From: Owenweeksia sp.
GTDB lineage: Bacteria; Bacteroidota; Bacteroidia; Flavobacteriales; Schleiferiaceae
Assembly (NCBI GenBank): GCA_028277105.1
Contig: JANQHO010000017.1
Location: 1 to 64,000, forward strand
Direction: 5' to 3'
Length of the DNA stretch: 64,000 nucleotides
The notes beneath the pieces are model-generated. The model saw nothing but the letters and a program-made list of their open reading frames with translations, searched no databases and was not told the DNA's origin. A program made the translations under genes and the position numbers. Within the stretch, counting starts at the first letter, position 1, and each line of letters begins with the position of its first letter. Below, piece by piece: positions 51,835 through 63,300 of the stretch.

Positions 51835-52387
51835 CATCTCTCTGGTTTTATACAGTTTGACTGCACTATTAATAGCCGGTGCCTGTACATCGCCTTACCC
51901 CCAATCCCTGGAAGAGTGGCACGAGGCCTTTCACGAGCCCAATTCCGGTTACCGATACCAACGCGTGGGAGAGAAACTAAAATATTCTCTTACCCTTGTT
52001 CCCCGTGATTATCTCAGCTTGCTCAATGTTGCCAAGGGTATTAATCATACAGCTGATACCTCAGATCATAATTATGGTTCGTTTTATCTCGATGTAGAAG
52101 TCCGGGAAGAAGCCCAAAAAGATCAGGCATCCCTCATCCAGTATCTCAATTGGGTATTTACTCAAAAAGAAAGGGGTTCCATAGAGTTGCGTTTTCCCAA
52201 TGGTGAAATAGTTACTCCCTCCTTATTTGAGTTAGAACCAGTCAGTAACCTGTCGGGGCGTATACGCTTCATTATCACTTTTACGGAGTTTGTGAAAAGT
52301 TCCTCTGCTACTCTGGTATTTGAGAATAGCCACTTACCGGAGTATCAAATACGATTTAATCAAGTAGACCTCACCAAATTTTCATGA
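51812..52387 (+). CDS. Hypothetical lipoprotein immediately upstream of the SpvB-domain giant gene
   Basis: Lipobox LLIAGAC. The start is uncertain (overlaps the OmpH gene by 23 nt). Confidence 0.4.
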   Translation: MGLPLKNNISLVLYSLTALLIAGACTSPYPQSLEEWHEAFHEPNSGYRYQRVGEKLKYSLTLVPRDYLSLLNVAKGINHTADTSDHNYGSFYLDVEVREEAQKDQASLIQYLNWVFTQKERGSIELRFPNGEIVTPSLFELEPVSNLSGRIRFIITFTEFVKSSSATLVFENSHLPEYQIRFNQVDLTKFS

Positions 52388-52388
52388 T

Positions 52389-55300
52389 ATGAATTTGTTA
52401 ACACCTATACGCAAAGTTAAAAAGCCTGTCTCCTACAGCTTGATCTTTTTGCTCTTGTTCGGGACTTTATGGCCCACCCAATCTGTGGCCATAACCGGGC
52501 ATTCTTCCATGCCCGAATACGGCTCCTTTACCGCTGTAAGCAATGCAGATATGGTCAATACTTTTGACGGGAGCTTCAATTACCAGATCCCGCTGCTGGA
52601 AGTGCCCAACGGCTTTCCCATTACTCTTTCTTATTCCAGCAATAATGTCAATAATGAAGCCTTAGCCAGTTGGGTAGGCATGGGCTGGGACCTCAATATC
52701 GGGGCCATCAACCGCATAAAAAGCGGAGTGCCCGATGAATACGATGGGAGCCAACAGATAACCTATTTCAACCGCATGGAGCCCAACTGGACGGTGAGTG
52801 CAGGAGCTCATCTCGGCTTTGACCCGCTCAAGACCGGAAATACCGGACTTACCGGTAGTGCTTCTGTTTCCTACAACAATTATACAGGGCTTAAAAATGT
52901 ACTCAGTGTAGGTTTTGATTTTGCCGGGGTAGCTAATCTTTCAGTGACCTATTCCAACGGACGTTTTGGTTTTAATCCCAATATTAATCCTGCCGAATTG
53001 CTGCTCACCGGCATCAAAAAAATAGGGGAGAAAAAATCCAAAACACAAAATGATGATGCCCAGCCCCCTATGATAGAACGGAGCAGCTTTTTCAAGAATA
53101 TGGACAAACGCAGAAAGGGCACTATGAAAATTACCAATTTGAAAAGTGCTGCCTCTTTTGGTAAAAGTATGGGAAAGAGCACCGGAATTGGTGCGGCTAA
53201 AGGTTTGTTCAACAATACTTTTGCCTCCTTGCTCAACCTGCCCCCTTCTTCTTATCCCGGAGTTTCCCATCAGTACAGAGGTTATTTTGCAGAAATAACT
53301 TTTGATATGGGAATTGACCCAACCCCTGCTCCTTTCAACATGATAGAAACCGGGGTTTTTGGTTCGTTTGCCTCGCAGAAAAACGAAGAATCTGTCACTA
53401 AAAGTGGCTTTGGCTATTTCAATAATGAAACTGGCTATAACAGCATTTCGGCCGCTATGGATTTTTACGTGGAAATGGACAAGCCTTATCAGGAAAGGGA
53501 AGAAATAATAGGTTATCCCCTTCCTTCCAATGATGTTTTTTCTTATTCCTCTCCGGTAGGAGGGGGTAGCTTCAGGGCTTATCGCAGTGAATTTGGCCAT
53601 TACCGCCTCAACGAATCCAAAAGTGAGGATTTTTCAGCCGATGTAGGGGCTGATATAGACCTGCCAATATTTGCAGCTCCTTACCCCTTTATTGTATTAA
53701 ATACTACCAGTGCTTACGGAGGCTCTATTGGCGGTAGTTATCACTACACCAAAACCGACAAATGGGACGATGATGGCTTTACTTTCAAAGACGATAACAG
53801 CTTTTCCAATTCTAATGAGAAGTATTTCTTCCGGGTTTCGGGTGACCGCGCGGGCTATTTCGATTTAGCCCCTGCTCAAAACCAGCCCATCCGGGCCGGT
53901 TTCAGCGGAAACTCTGCAAATGTCAGTAGTTCTTATACCGGTATCCAAACCCTGGATACGCGTAGCAGCGGAAAACTCAAGCAGCGCAGCCAATACGTTG
54001 ACGTGCGAACTAACGGTGATTTCGGTATAACCTCAAACGGACAATCGGGCAGCCAGGTAGCCTACCGGGTTAAGCAAAAGCAACTCAATATTCTCGGTAA
54101 AAGCGGAAATATTATTGACTTCAATTCTTCCATACGCCCTGCCCTGGAGGCTACTTCCATCGGAGAAGTGAGCATTACCAACAAAGATGGCAGTACCCAG
54201 GTTTTTGGCCTTCCCGTGCATGTGAAAAATGAGCGCCAATTGCAGTATTCTTTTCCCGCAGCCAGTGGCCTTTCTTCAGTGCCAAACTGGACTACCAGTG
54301 GTTTACTGATGCAGGTAACGGCCAATGTAGACGGTTCGGCTAAGCGTAAGTTGGGAGTAGTGGATAACAATCTTTACTCTGGTTCTTTTTTATTGACCCA
54401 AAGCTACGACCGCAATTACATAGACCGGACGGGTAATGGTCCTTCGCGTGATGATTTTGGCAATTACACCAAAGTAAATTACAAACGTCAGTTTGGGGGA
54501 GCAGGAGATTGGTATGGCTACCGTTCACCCTATAAGGGGGTTAATGTAAGCTATGGCAGCCTTTCCGAAAACAATGACGATATGGGAAACTTTAGCTACG
54601 GGGAAAAAGAAGTCTACTATGTGTATTCCGTAGAGTCAAAGACCCACGTAGCCTTTTTCTATACCAGCGACCGTTATGACGGTTTGCCTGCTGCCCTGGC
54701 TAATAGTCCCGCGCCTGATGATCTGATCAGGGGTACAGGGGGAACTCCTGCTAATAGGTTGCAAAAACTGGATCGCATCGAATTGTATTCGCTGGACGAT
54801 TGCCAGTTTATAAGTCAGGGCAAGGACTTATTGGAACCCAAAAACGGAACCCACCCTATTAAAGTAGTACACTTTGATTATGAAAGCTATGCCATTAGCG
54901 GGGAGCTTTTAAACTCCGATCATCCTACTTCAGGCCAAAAGGGAAAGCTAACCCTGGACAGAGTTTGGGTCGAATCCGGGGGAGTGGTAAAAAGCAAGAT
55001 ATCGCCTTATGTCTTTAAGTATAAATATCCCGCCAACGCCAGTGCGCTGGATTTTCCCTTGCCTTACAATACCCAAACCGGTTTTAAAGAAGTTGCATGG
55101 TATACGGAAGCCAATCTCAATGATCAGGATCCGAACTACCACCCTTCCAATACTGATCGCTGGGGCAATTACCGCAATTTTTCCCATGTCCAAAGCCAGC
55201 TGTCTTCTCCGGTTGGTGTCACCGGCAACCTGGCCCTTTTCTTTCCCTATGTCCTGCAAAATCCAGACTACCGTCACTTTGATCCGGCTGCCTTTGCCCT

Positions 55301-57890
55301 TAAAGAGATCCAGCTTCCCTCCGGAGGGCGTATCCTCGTACAATACGAAGAAAACGATTACCAGTATGTGCAGGACAAACGCGCTTCAGTGATGGTCCGC
55401 TTAGAAGGAAGAAACAGTTGGAAGGAGAAAGATTTTAACGGCAAGCGGTATTACCTAGATTTGGAAAGCCTCGGAATAGATTATAACTCTTTAACGCTCC
55501 CTGCACAACAACATCAGCTTGCCCAAGAACTATTTTATCAGCAGCAAGTCAACAAAGAGCGCCTCTATTTCAATTTTTTATACGCTTTGATGGGGGAAAC
55601 TCCAAATTATACTAAGAATCATTCGGATTATCTCGAAGGCTACGCCCGTATCCATTCCTTTGGCTATGATGGCACGGGTGTGTATTTCACCTTTAAGCCA
55701 TCCGGAGGCAATCCCAATGAAACTCCCATTAGTTATACCGGGCAAACCAGTAAGCGGGAGATACCGCAGAAAGTGTGTATGGACTTTTACAAGAATATGC
55801 GCAAAATGAAAATAGACGGGGGTGGCAATGTATCTTCTTTGGCCGGAGCAGTAGATAATGGGGATGAAGAACAGATAGGTTTTGCTTTTCTCAGTATGTT
55901 GAAACATAACCTCAAAACCTGGGATCGCTGTAAATACTTTCAACCTGACATGAGCATGGTGCGGGTTAGCGTACCTATGGGAGAATACCGCAACTATACC
56001 TACAATGGCAGCCTGCAGCAGTCTCCTACCTATTACAGTAAACTGGGGGGAGGTATCCGCGTGAAGCGTTTGTTGTTACAGGATAAGGGTATCGGTAGTT
56101 ATAAGCAGGGGGCTACTTTATTGGGACAAGAGTACGCTTATACCACTACGGAGAACGGACAAACCATCTCCAGCGGAGTGGCTACCAATGAACCGGCCAA
56201 TGGCCGCAAAGAGAACAGTCTGGTAGTACCCATTGAGAGGGGGCAGCAAGGCAAGATAAATGCACTACTTTACGGGCGGGATATGTACAGCCAGGAAGGG
56301 CCAGTAGGGGAATCTTTATTGCCTTCCCCGGGTATAGGCTATTCCAAAGTTACGGTGAAACCGATCTTCCAGGGTGAAACCTCTACCGGCTGGACAGAAT
56401 TTGAATATTACACGGCCAAAGACCACCCCTTTGAGGTAAAGCGAACTCAACTGAAAAAAGATCTGGGCCCCCTGGGAGGCAATCTGCCGCTTTCCATCGG
56501 TACGCCACCTATCAGCATAGGAGGGGTTAGTGTTAGTGCTTCCTACGCCACCACTTCCAAAAAATTCTCCCAGGGTTATTTGTTCGAGAATTTCGAAGGC
56601 CACGGTACGGCCAAGTCTGTTGTGAATTTTACCAATAGCGGAACCATATACAGCAAAGAATCTTATGTCTATTTCCAGCCGGATGAAACGGTTAAAATTA
56701 TGGGGGATGATATGAATATCTCTACTGTACCCTTATATACACTGGGACGCGAGGCAGAATTACTGGCCTATTCCGGCAAGGTAGAAGATTACAGTTTTGG
56801 CGGCCGGGTAGATGTGGCCTTTACTCCAATCTTTATCGTTACCGGACCCTTTTTAGTGCCTTTCCCGATATTTGTCCCTGTGGGCTGGCCTATGCCGGTG
56901 GATATTGGCCTGAGTGCCCAGATATCGCATCACATGCTGCGAAAACACGCCCAGTCGCGCATTGTATACCATCCCAAAATTCTCAAAAAGATCGTTTCGG
57001 AAACCGAGGGGCGTACCATGGTAACGGAGCACCTGGTATTTGACAATTATACCGGTGATCCAGTGGTGACCCGCTCTTCTGAGGAATACGACCAGAACAG
57101 CCTCATCAGTCAGTCGTATATGGGAGCCTGGAAATACGATAACCTTAAACCAGATTATATCAATGAAAACCTGCGGGTACTTCCTTCAGCAGGAGCCACC
57201 ATACAGGCAGGAATAGCTTCCTCTGGCCGTACTTACGTAGAGTTCATTATGCCTTCTCAGCAGGTAGCCTGTGAAGAACTGGGCAGGTTTGTACGGGGGG
57301 ATTTTATCCAACTCAACGGTAATAAAAACCATGACCTGTATCACGTTACGCAGATAGACCCTACTCATAACCGTCTATACATTGAGCGTTCCATGTATAA
57401 CCCTAATGCTTCGGCCGGCAGTTCCATCAGCAGTATCGACATACTGGAAAGTGGCTATACCAATTTATTATCGGAAGAGATCGGCAAAACGGTTTACCTC
57501 ACAGAATCAACCGGTTCTAATTTTTACTCTTATACCACAAACTACGATCAAACTCATCCTTTTGTGGTGGACCTGAAAAATATGGTCGGAACTAAAGGAG
57601 TCCAGGTATCTAACCTTCCTCCGCCCTTACCTCCGGTTCCTTCCAGCAACCTTATTACCCTGCCAGGACCCTATACCGGCATGGATGTATCCCATTTTGC
57701 CGGTTGGGGGGCTAACCTGAATATCAATGCAGATTTTTCAAGTGCCAGCATTGCAAATGTGATGATCTACCACCGGATCACCCCTAATTCATCCGGAAAT
57801 GACAGGGTACATGTCGCTATAGCGGGCTTTGAAATAAAAGATATTAATGGCGATTGGCAAAAGGTACACTGCCAGGAAGTCGCCTGGTAA
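52389..57890 (+). CDS. Giant (1833 aa) secreted protein with an N-terminal SpvB domain (Tc-toxin TcB/TcaC N-terminal type)
   Basis: After a signal peptide, ...GSFNYQIPLLEVPNGFPITLSYSSNNVNNEALASWVGMGWDLNIGAINRIKSGVPDEYDG... matches the SpvB motif IP..P.G..P.L.L.Y.S...G.GW.L....I.R....GVP.YD. Proline-rich LPPPLPPVP segment near the C-terminus. Confidence 0.7.
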   Translation: MNLLTPIRKVKKPVSYSLIFLLLFGTLWPTQSVAITGHSSMPEYGSFTAVSNADMVNTFDGSFNYQIPLLEVPNGFPITLSYSSNNVNNEALASWVGMGWDLNIGAINRIKSGVPDEYDGSQQITYFNRMEPNWTVSAGAHLGFDPLKTGNTGLTGSASVSYNNYTGLKNVLSVGFDFAGVANLSVTYSNGRFGFNPNINPAELLLTGIKKIGEKKSKTQNDDAQPPMIERSSFFKNMDKRRKGTMKITNLKSAASFGKSMGKSTGIGAAKGLFNNTFASLLNLPPSSYPGVSHQYRGYFAEITFDMGIDPTPAPFNMIETGVFGSFASQKNEESVTKSGFGYFNNETGYNSISAAMDFYVEMDKPYQEREEIIGYPLPSNDVFSYSSPVGGGSFRAYRSEFGHYRLNESKSEDFSADVGADIDLPIFAAPYPFIVLNTTSAYGGSIGGSYHYTKTDKWDDDGFTFKDDNSFSNSNEKYFFRVSGDRAGYFDLAPAQNQPIRAGFSGNSANVSSSYTGIQTLDTRSSGKLKQRSQYVDVRTNGDFGITSNGQSGSQVAYRVKQKQLNILGKSGNIIDFNSSIRPALEATSIGEVSITNKDGSTQVFGLPVHVKNERQLQYSFPAASGLSSVPNWTTSGLLMQVTANVDGSAKRKLGVVDNNLYSGSFLLTQSYDRNYIDRTGNGPSRDDFGNYTKVNYKRQFGGAGDWYGYRSPYKGVNVSYGSLSENNDDMGNFSYGEKEVYYVYSVESKTHVAFFYTSDRYDGLPAALANSPAPDDLIRGTGGTPANRLQKLDRIELYSLDDCQFISQGKDLLEPKNGTHPIKVVHFDYESYAISGELLNSDHPTSGQKGKLTLDRVWVESGGVVKSKISPYVFKYKYPANASALDFPLPYNTQTGFKEVAWYTEANLNDQDPNYHPSNTDRWGNYRNFSHVQSQLSSPVGVTGNLALFFPYVLQNPDYRHFDPAAFALKEIQLPSGGRILVQYEENDYQYVQDKRASVMVRLEGRNSWKEKDFNGKRYYLDLESLGIDYNSLTLPAQQHQLAQELFYQQQVNKERLYFNFLYALMGETPNYTKNHSDYLEGYARIHSFGYDGTGVYFTFKPSGGNPNETPISYTGQTSKREIPQKVCMDFYKNMRKMKIDGGGNVSSLAGAVDNGDEEQIGFAFLSMLKHNLKTWDRCKYFQPDMSMVRVSVPMGEYRNYTYNGSLQQSPTYYSKLGGGIRVKRLLLQDKGIGSYKQGATLLGQEYAYTTTENGQTISSGVATNEPANGRKENSLVVPIERGQQGKINALLYGRDMYSQEGPVGESLLPSPGIGYSKVTVKPIFQGETSTGWTEFEYYTAKDHPFEVKRTQLKKDLGPLGGNLPLSIGTPPISIGGVSVSASYATTSKKFSQGYLFENFEGHGTAKSVVNFTNSGTIYSKESYVYFQPDETVKIMGDDMNISTVPLYTLGREAELLAYSGKVEDYSFGGRVDVAFTPIFIVTGPFLVPFPIFVPVGWPMPVDIGLSAQISHHMLRKHAQSRIVYHPKILKKIVSETEGRTMVTEHLVFDNYTGDPVVTRSSEEYDQNSLISQSYMGAWKYDNLKPDYINENLRVLPSAGATIQAGIASSGRTYVEFIMPSQQVACEELGRFVRGDFIQLNGNKNHDLYHVTQIDPTHNRLYIERSMYNPNASAGSSISSIDILESGYTNLLSEEIGKTVYLTESTGSNFYSYTTNYDQTHPFVVDLKNMVGTKGVQVSNLPPPLPPVPSSNLITLPGPYTGMDVSHFAGWGANLNINADFSSASIANVMIYHRITPNSSGNDRVHVAIAGFEIKDINGDWQKVHCQEVAW

Positions 57891-57902
57891 AAATAGAAGG
57901 AT

Positions 57903-59708
57903 ATGAAAAGATACATTTTTTTAATTATTGCCAGCCTGGGGATTACAGCTTACGTTCAGGCTCAACTTCAAACATTAAATGTCACGATTGCCCGGGATCC
58001 GGTTCACTGGAATCAGGTGAGGGTTACTTACCACGGGCCTTATTCTTGCCTTCAGGCTTTAAAAGTGGTTAAGGGAGATGGTCTTACCAGGTACATTTAC
58101 AATTTCCAGGCAGGAACTACTCAAACCATCTATTATTATTTTCCCGCTACCTATAACATACAGTTTTCTGCTGTTAGCGTCCCTTCTATGGCAATGCCCG
58201 GTTGTGTTACACCTCAATATCCGGCTCCGCCTATTCCCGGTCCCAGCCCTACTATCGACCTGACGAGAAATGCAAACGGTTACGGTTGTTGTGACGACCA
58301 GATCATGGCACCCGGGATCAATGCTTCCAATCCGCTGAACAACTTTGGCGATTTTGCCCTGGAAACCTTTACCGGGGAGTTTGTCTTTCTCTCCAATGAT
58401 CCGGAATGTTTACCCAACACCATTTTCTCTTGCCTCAAAGTAGATAACTCAGCGGATAAGATCAACGGCATCATCAGTACTTACGCCAACACTTTACAGG
58501 ATGTATGGGACTATAATATGCCGGAATACCCTTTTATCATGAACGATGTGGATTATGTAGCATTCGATAACAATTATTCATCAGGAGGTCTTACCGATAC
58601 CGATATTCAGCGTTTTGAAAATCACGCTAATTCCATCGAAAGGGGTGAGGCTAACAAATGGAGGGTCAATGGCTCCTATACCTATGTGGCTGATCTGGAT
58701 GAAACCATTATTAATACCCCAGGTAATCCCGATGATTATAAGATGTTTGACCGCGGGGCTTTTCAGTACGTGCAGTTCGACTGGGACAACGTAGGACAAA
58801 GCCAGAACTTTGGCTGGGTTAAGACTTCTACCATTACCCATACCAGCCCGGATGGTATGCCCCTGGAAGAAGTAGACCCCCTGGGGCGTAGAAGTGCGGC
58901 CCTTTTCACGGCTAATAACCGCCAGCTTTCTGCCGTAGCACAAAATGCGGGGCGGGAGGCTATCTTTTACCAATCTTATGAAAATTACTATGAAAACCCC
59001 TTGTCCTCTGTTAACAGCAACCGCCTGGAGAACGGTCATGTATTGGATCAGGGGACTAGCCTTACTGCTGCTAAGTACCATACTGGTAAACAGTCAGTAG
59101 CACTCAATGCTGCCAACGGAACCTATACCTACAAATTTACTGAGGGGGATGATCCTTATGTAGTTTCAGAGGAGGTATTGAATAATGGTATTGTGATTAA
59201 TATCTGGATAAATGCCGGGGGAGAGGCAGTTGTAACGCAGAATGACCTTCACCTTTGGGTTGGGAAAGCAGGGCCAAGTCCTTCAAGCATTAGCTGGATT
59301 TCCAGTGCCGGAGTAGATGAATTTGACTTCCGGGTGAAAGCCTGTATTAACGATTGGTGTTTGATTGAAGCTGAGGTACCTGCTTCTTTTATCCAGGGTA
59401 ACAATTTTAATCTTAGTGCCAACAGTAGCATGTATCTCGCCTTGCGCTACCGCAATACCACTTCTGATCCAGGCTTGCGTAAACACCTGGATGACGTGAA
59501 GATCCAACCCATGAATTCATCTATGCTATGTTACGTATACGATGAAGCAGGTCGTATAGCGGCAGAGTTCAGCGATCAGCATTTTGCTAAGATCTTCCAG
59601 TATGCCCCGGATGGCAGCCTGAAGCGCATTCTTACCGAAACGGAAAGGGGTGTGCAGACCGTGTCTGAAGGAGCTGAAAATCAACAAGGAATAACCAACT
59701 GGCAATGA
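57903..59708 (+). CDS. Secreted protein with divergent RHS/YD-like repeats
   Basis: Signal peptide. ...THTSPDGMPLEEVDPLGRRSAALF... and the C-terminal ...LCYVYDEAGRIAAEF...QYAPDGSLKRI... resemble YD/RHS repeat units. 12-bp gap to the upstream gene. Confidence 0.5.
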   Translation: MKRYIFLIIASLGITAYVQAQLQTLNVTIARDPVHWNQVRVTYHGPYSCLQALKVVKGDGLTRYIYNFQAGTTQTIYYYFPATYNIQFSAVSVPSMAMPGCVTPQYPAPPIPGPSPTIDLTRNANGYGCCDDQIMAPGINASNPLNNFGDFALETFTGEFVFLSNDPECLPNTIFSCLKVDNSADKINGIISTYANTLQDVWDYNMPEYPFIMNDVDYVAFDNNYSSGGLTDTDIQRFENHANSIERGEANKWRVNGSYTYVADLDETIINTPGNPDDYKMFDRGAFQYVQFDWDNVGQSQNFGWVKTSTITHTSPDGMPLEEVDPLGRRSAALFTANNRQLSAVAQNAGREAIFYQSYENYYENPLSSVNSNRLENGHVLDQGTSLTAAKYHTGKQSVALNAANGTYTYKFTEGDDPYVVSEEVLNNGIVINIWINAGGEAVVTQNDLHLWVGKAGPSPSSISWISSAGVDEFDFRVKACINDWCLIEAEVPASFIQGNNFNLSANSSMYLALRYRNTTSDPGLRKHLDDVKIQPMNSSMLCYVYDEAGRIAAEFSDQHFAKIFQYAPDGSLKRILTETERGVQTVSEGAENQQGITNWQ

Positions 59709-60394
59709 AAAAAACTATAGCTACACTTACTCTAACCATGCAGTTTGTCCTGGCATTTGCCCAGGCTCCGTTTGAAAGTAAAGACTCTTGTCTGGCCCGT
59801 ATGATACAATTGGTTGCTAAGGCCGATCTGGAGATCAAAGGATCCTGTGTGCAACTCAGCTATCGCAATACGGCTTATTTAAATGGAGAGTTGGATCACG
59901 AGATAGATTCGGAACTGTTTTTCAAGGGCGATCGTATAGTTACCTCCAATGACCTTTTTGCGGCTTATCGCCTGGATTCCTTCCAGCTTGCCATTGTACA
60001 TGAAGCCCGTCAAATCGTAGTAAACTGGGTGCCTAAAAAACCGGAAACAAACAAAGATATGCCTGATCTGGCTTCCTGGGGTGATAGCCTGAGCACTTTT
60101 TTTCATGTTGAAGCTTGCTATGAAACCGGGCAAAGCTATGTGCTTGACTTGAGGTGTAAGCAATGCGAAGCCAAGCAGCGCTGGTCTTTGAGCTATGTCT
60201 TTGACAAATCGAAGAACGTCATCAGTCGCATGAGCTCCAGCTATACCGATCCGGAATGGGGAGAAATTACCCGGACCTATGAACTACTTAAGGTATCCCA
60301 TGCCCCCTGCAAGATCCCCGGTAAAAAAGAATTATTGCAGCGCTACGCTCATTACGAACTGATTGATCTAACCGGAAAATTCACTGAATTATGA
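59705..60394 (+). CDS. Small secreted Cys-containing protein (229 aa) inside the giant-protein operon
   Basis: Signal peptide MKKTIATLTLTMQFVLAFAQA. 4-bp overlaps with both neighbours. Confidence 0.4.
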   Translation: MKKTIATLTLTMQFVLAFAQAPFESKDSCLARMIQLVAKADLEIKGSCVQLSYRNTAYLNGELDHEIDSELFFKGDRIVTSNDLFAAYRLDSFQLAIVHEARQIVVNWVPKKPETNKDMPDLASWGDSLSTFFHVEACYETGQSYVLDLRCKQCEAKQRWSLSYVFDKSKNVISRMSSSYTDPEWGEITRTYELLKVSHAPCKIPGKKELLQRYAHYELIDLTGKFTEL

Positions 60395-63300
60395 AACGCA
60401 TCCTATTATCCCTCTTTACCCTGTTCATCATTACATTTTCTACGGCACAAACACCACAGTTAACGGTATTGAAAAAAGGCTATCTTTCTACCATAACCCA
60501 GCCAGCTAATAGTCCTTTTACTCCTACTTATACACCTCCATACAGTGGAGCTAATCAAGGGCAAGACCTGATCAAACGTAATATCGAAATAGAATTAAGA
60601 GCTCCGGATGATTTTGTCAGTCCCTCTGGTTCCTGGTCAGCTAGTTTAAATATTACTGCCGGTACAAATTCTACTACCCTGGAATTGGGCAATGCATTAA
60701 ATCGCACCAAGCACCTTATGCAATTTCCTTACAGCGCATCGGCTATATCATTCAGTAGTGCCAATACTTCCGGGGTCAGTACGGATTTTGAAGTCATCAT
60801 TCGGGTGGTAGAGGTGGTGGCCAAAAACGGGCTGGATAATTCTTCCAATCCTATCATACCGGTTGATGTCAATTCCAAATGCATTGCCGATAACGGTTCG
60901 GTTTGCGAAAGAGTAGAGCTGAGTTGGGAAGTAGCCGCTAATCAGTTTTTTGAGCAATACCAATTACAGATTGCCAAGGTAGAGCCTGGCTTTACAAGCA
61001 ATGGTAACGGAGGTTATAACCTTGCTTTAATTTACGATTGGGACGGGGCTTCCTCCATTATAGTAGATGGCACCATTTATGATTTTACCCCCCGCCAGGG
61101 TTCGGGCTATTATATCTGGCGGGTAAAGGGAGTAGGAAATAAAGAATCAGGCGAAAATGATTATATGAATTACGCTGACTGGTCAACTGCAAGTACCAAT
61201 AGCCAGATAAACAGCTTCCTGTCCAGCAGCCCTTTCAGCGTGGCTCCTCCTCCGGCTCCGCCTGTAATATCCGATAATCCCTACAGGGTCAATGCCAGTG
61301 TATCTTCTATGAACAACAATAACATTTATTCTGCTGCCCGTAAAGATGTGTTTTACTACGAGCAGGCCGATGAAGACGTCAACTGGAAGTACCAGGGCAC
61401 TTTTCTGGAAGGAGGGCGTAAAGGAGAAGTCATCCAATATGCCAATGGCTTAAACCAAGTGTTGCAAACCCAATCCCGCATTGCTTCCATCAATACGGTA
61501 GTAGGCTTGGAAACCGCTTACGACTACCTGGGCCGGCCGGTGGTGAGTTCCATGCCCAGCCCTTTGGAACAACCTTACATCAGTTATAATGAGCCAGTTT
61601 TAAAACCCTTGGGCAATCCTGCTAAGGCTTATGCAGCTGAGCATTTTGACGATCCTTCCAACCCCTACAATGCCACGGCATTAGACCCAGCCTCGACAGT
61701 TTTGGAGTATTATTCCAGCACTAATAACAAAGATCGCCTGGATCAATACATACCCGTTACCCAGGCAGCCTATAGCCGTATGCTTTACTTGCCCGATCCC
61801 TCTGGGAGAGTAATGCGCGAAGCGGGCATAGGCGAAGGCTTTGAGCTGTCGCAAAGCCAGGATCCCAATGAAAACCACAATGTTACCCGCCAGTATGCCA
61901 CTCCTACCCAAACCGAACTGGATCGCATTTTCGGCAATGAAGCACCAGAAGCCTCTTCGGCTTATAAAATTGCGGTGACCGATCCCAACGGGGTGCGTAC
62001 CATTGAGTATTACAGCAAAAACGGCAACAAGTTGGCCTCTTTTCTTGACAATGACGTTACCCTGGATAATTTACTGGGAGTAGGGGGCAATAGGCGCTTT
62101 ACCATTGAAGATGTTTTGCCCGCCACCGCCAATCAGGGTAAAGAAAACTATACCTCCAAGAATATTATAGTTTCCGGTAACCGCAACATAAACCTGGGTG
62201 GTGGTACCATATTGGAAAGAGTGACCCCGGTCAATCTCAATTACGAAATGTCACCTGCCAGCTTTGGGGTAAGCTGCGATCCTTCCTGTACCACCTGCGA
62301 TTTTTGTTATTCCTGTGCCTACCGGGTAGACATCAGCATCCACTCCATAGAGTATCCCAATGATACCGATCGCAATGCTATCCTGTCCTTTTTGGTGGGT
62401 CCCTTTGCCAATTGTGCCAGTATACCTAACTATACTTCTTTTGCCGATATAGCTGCCGCTGCGGCAGCCGGTGATATCAGAACGGTAGATTACAGCGCTT
62501 CCAATTGGCTGTTTGACCCTGCTGGTAATCCTTCCACTTCCAATTATTTTTCCAATATAGCCAATCTCACTTCGGTTGTTGCCAACCCCTCCGTTTTCCT
62601 GGAAACAGGCACCTACACCATAGAGCGTAAGCTTAGTGTATACGACCTGGATACGGATACCAATAACATATTGGTGGAGGCCATTGACGATCTGCGCAAC
62701 CGCTTTGCGAATATGACCAAAGACGATAATTGTTGCGGCCCTTTTGTACCCGATACTTTTTCCTGTGACACTGAATTCAGTGTGAACTGCGGTGATCCGG
62801 GCGAGCTGAATACCCAACTGGACGACCTTTCCCAGCTTATTGTCGACCTGGCAGCGAAAGAGCAAAACCATGCCCTCAGCAACGGTAACCCTTATGTGCA
62901 GTATCTACAGATACCCAATGCAGATCTGCTTAGTCACCAGTATTTGCCGGGGGTGGATATGGCTACCATAAGAGATTGGTTACAGGTATTGTTGTGTGAA
63001 CGGGGCATGCCAATTAATGATTTGGTCGCCTGTATAATGGGGATGGACGGTTTTCTCGATGGTAATATCCAGCGCATGGAACTGGTGATTACCGGGCAGG
63101 CCGGTAATGCTACCGGTTCTTCTACCCCGCCTTCCCAGGCCAATGAACACCTCGACATTATGACCATGCTGTTCCAGTGCATCGGTTCCGATCCCTTTGG
63201 GCATACCTGTGCCGATTACCGGGTGGCGGTACAAAATGATCCGTCTAACACGCCTACCCAGGAGGAAGACGATGCCTGGGCCGCTGCTGAAGCCGACCCT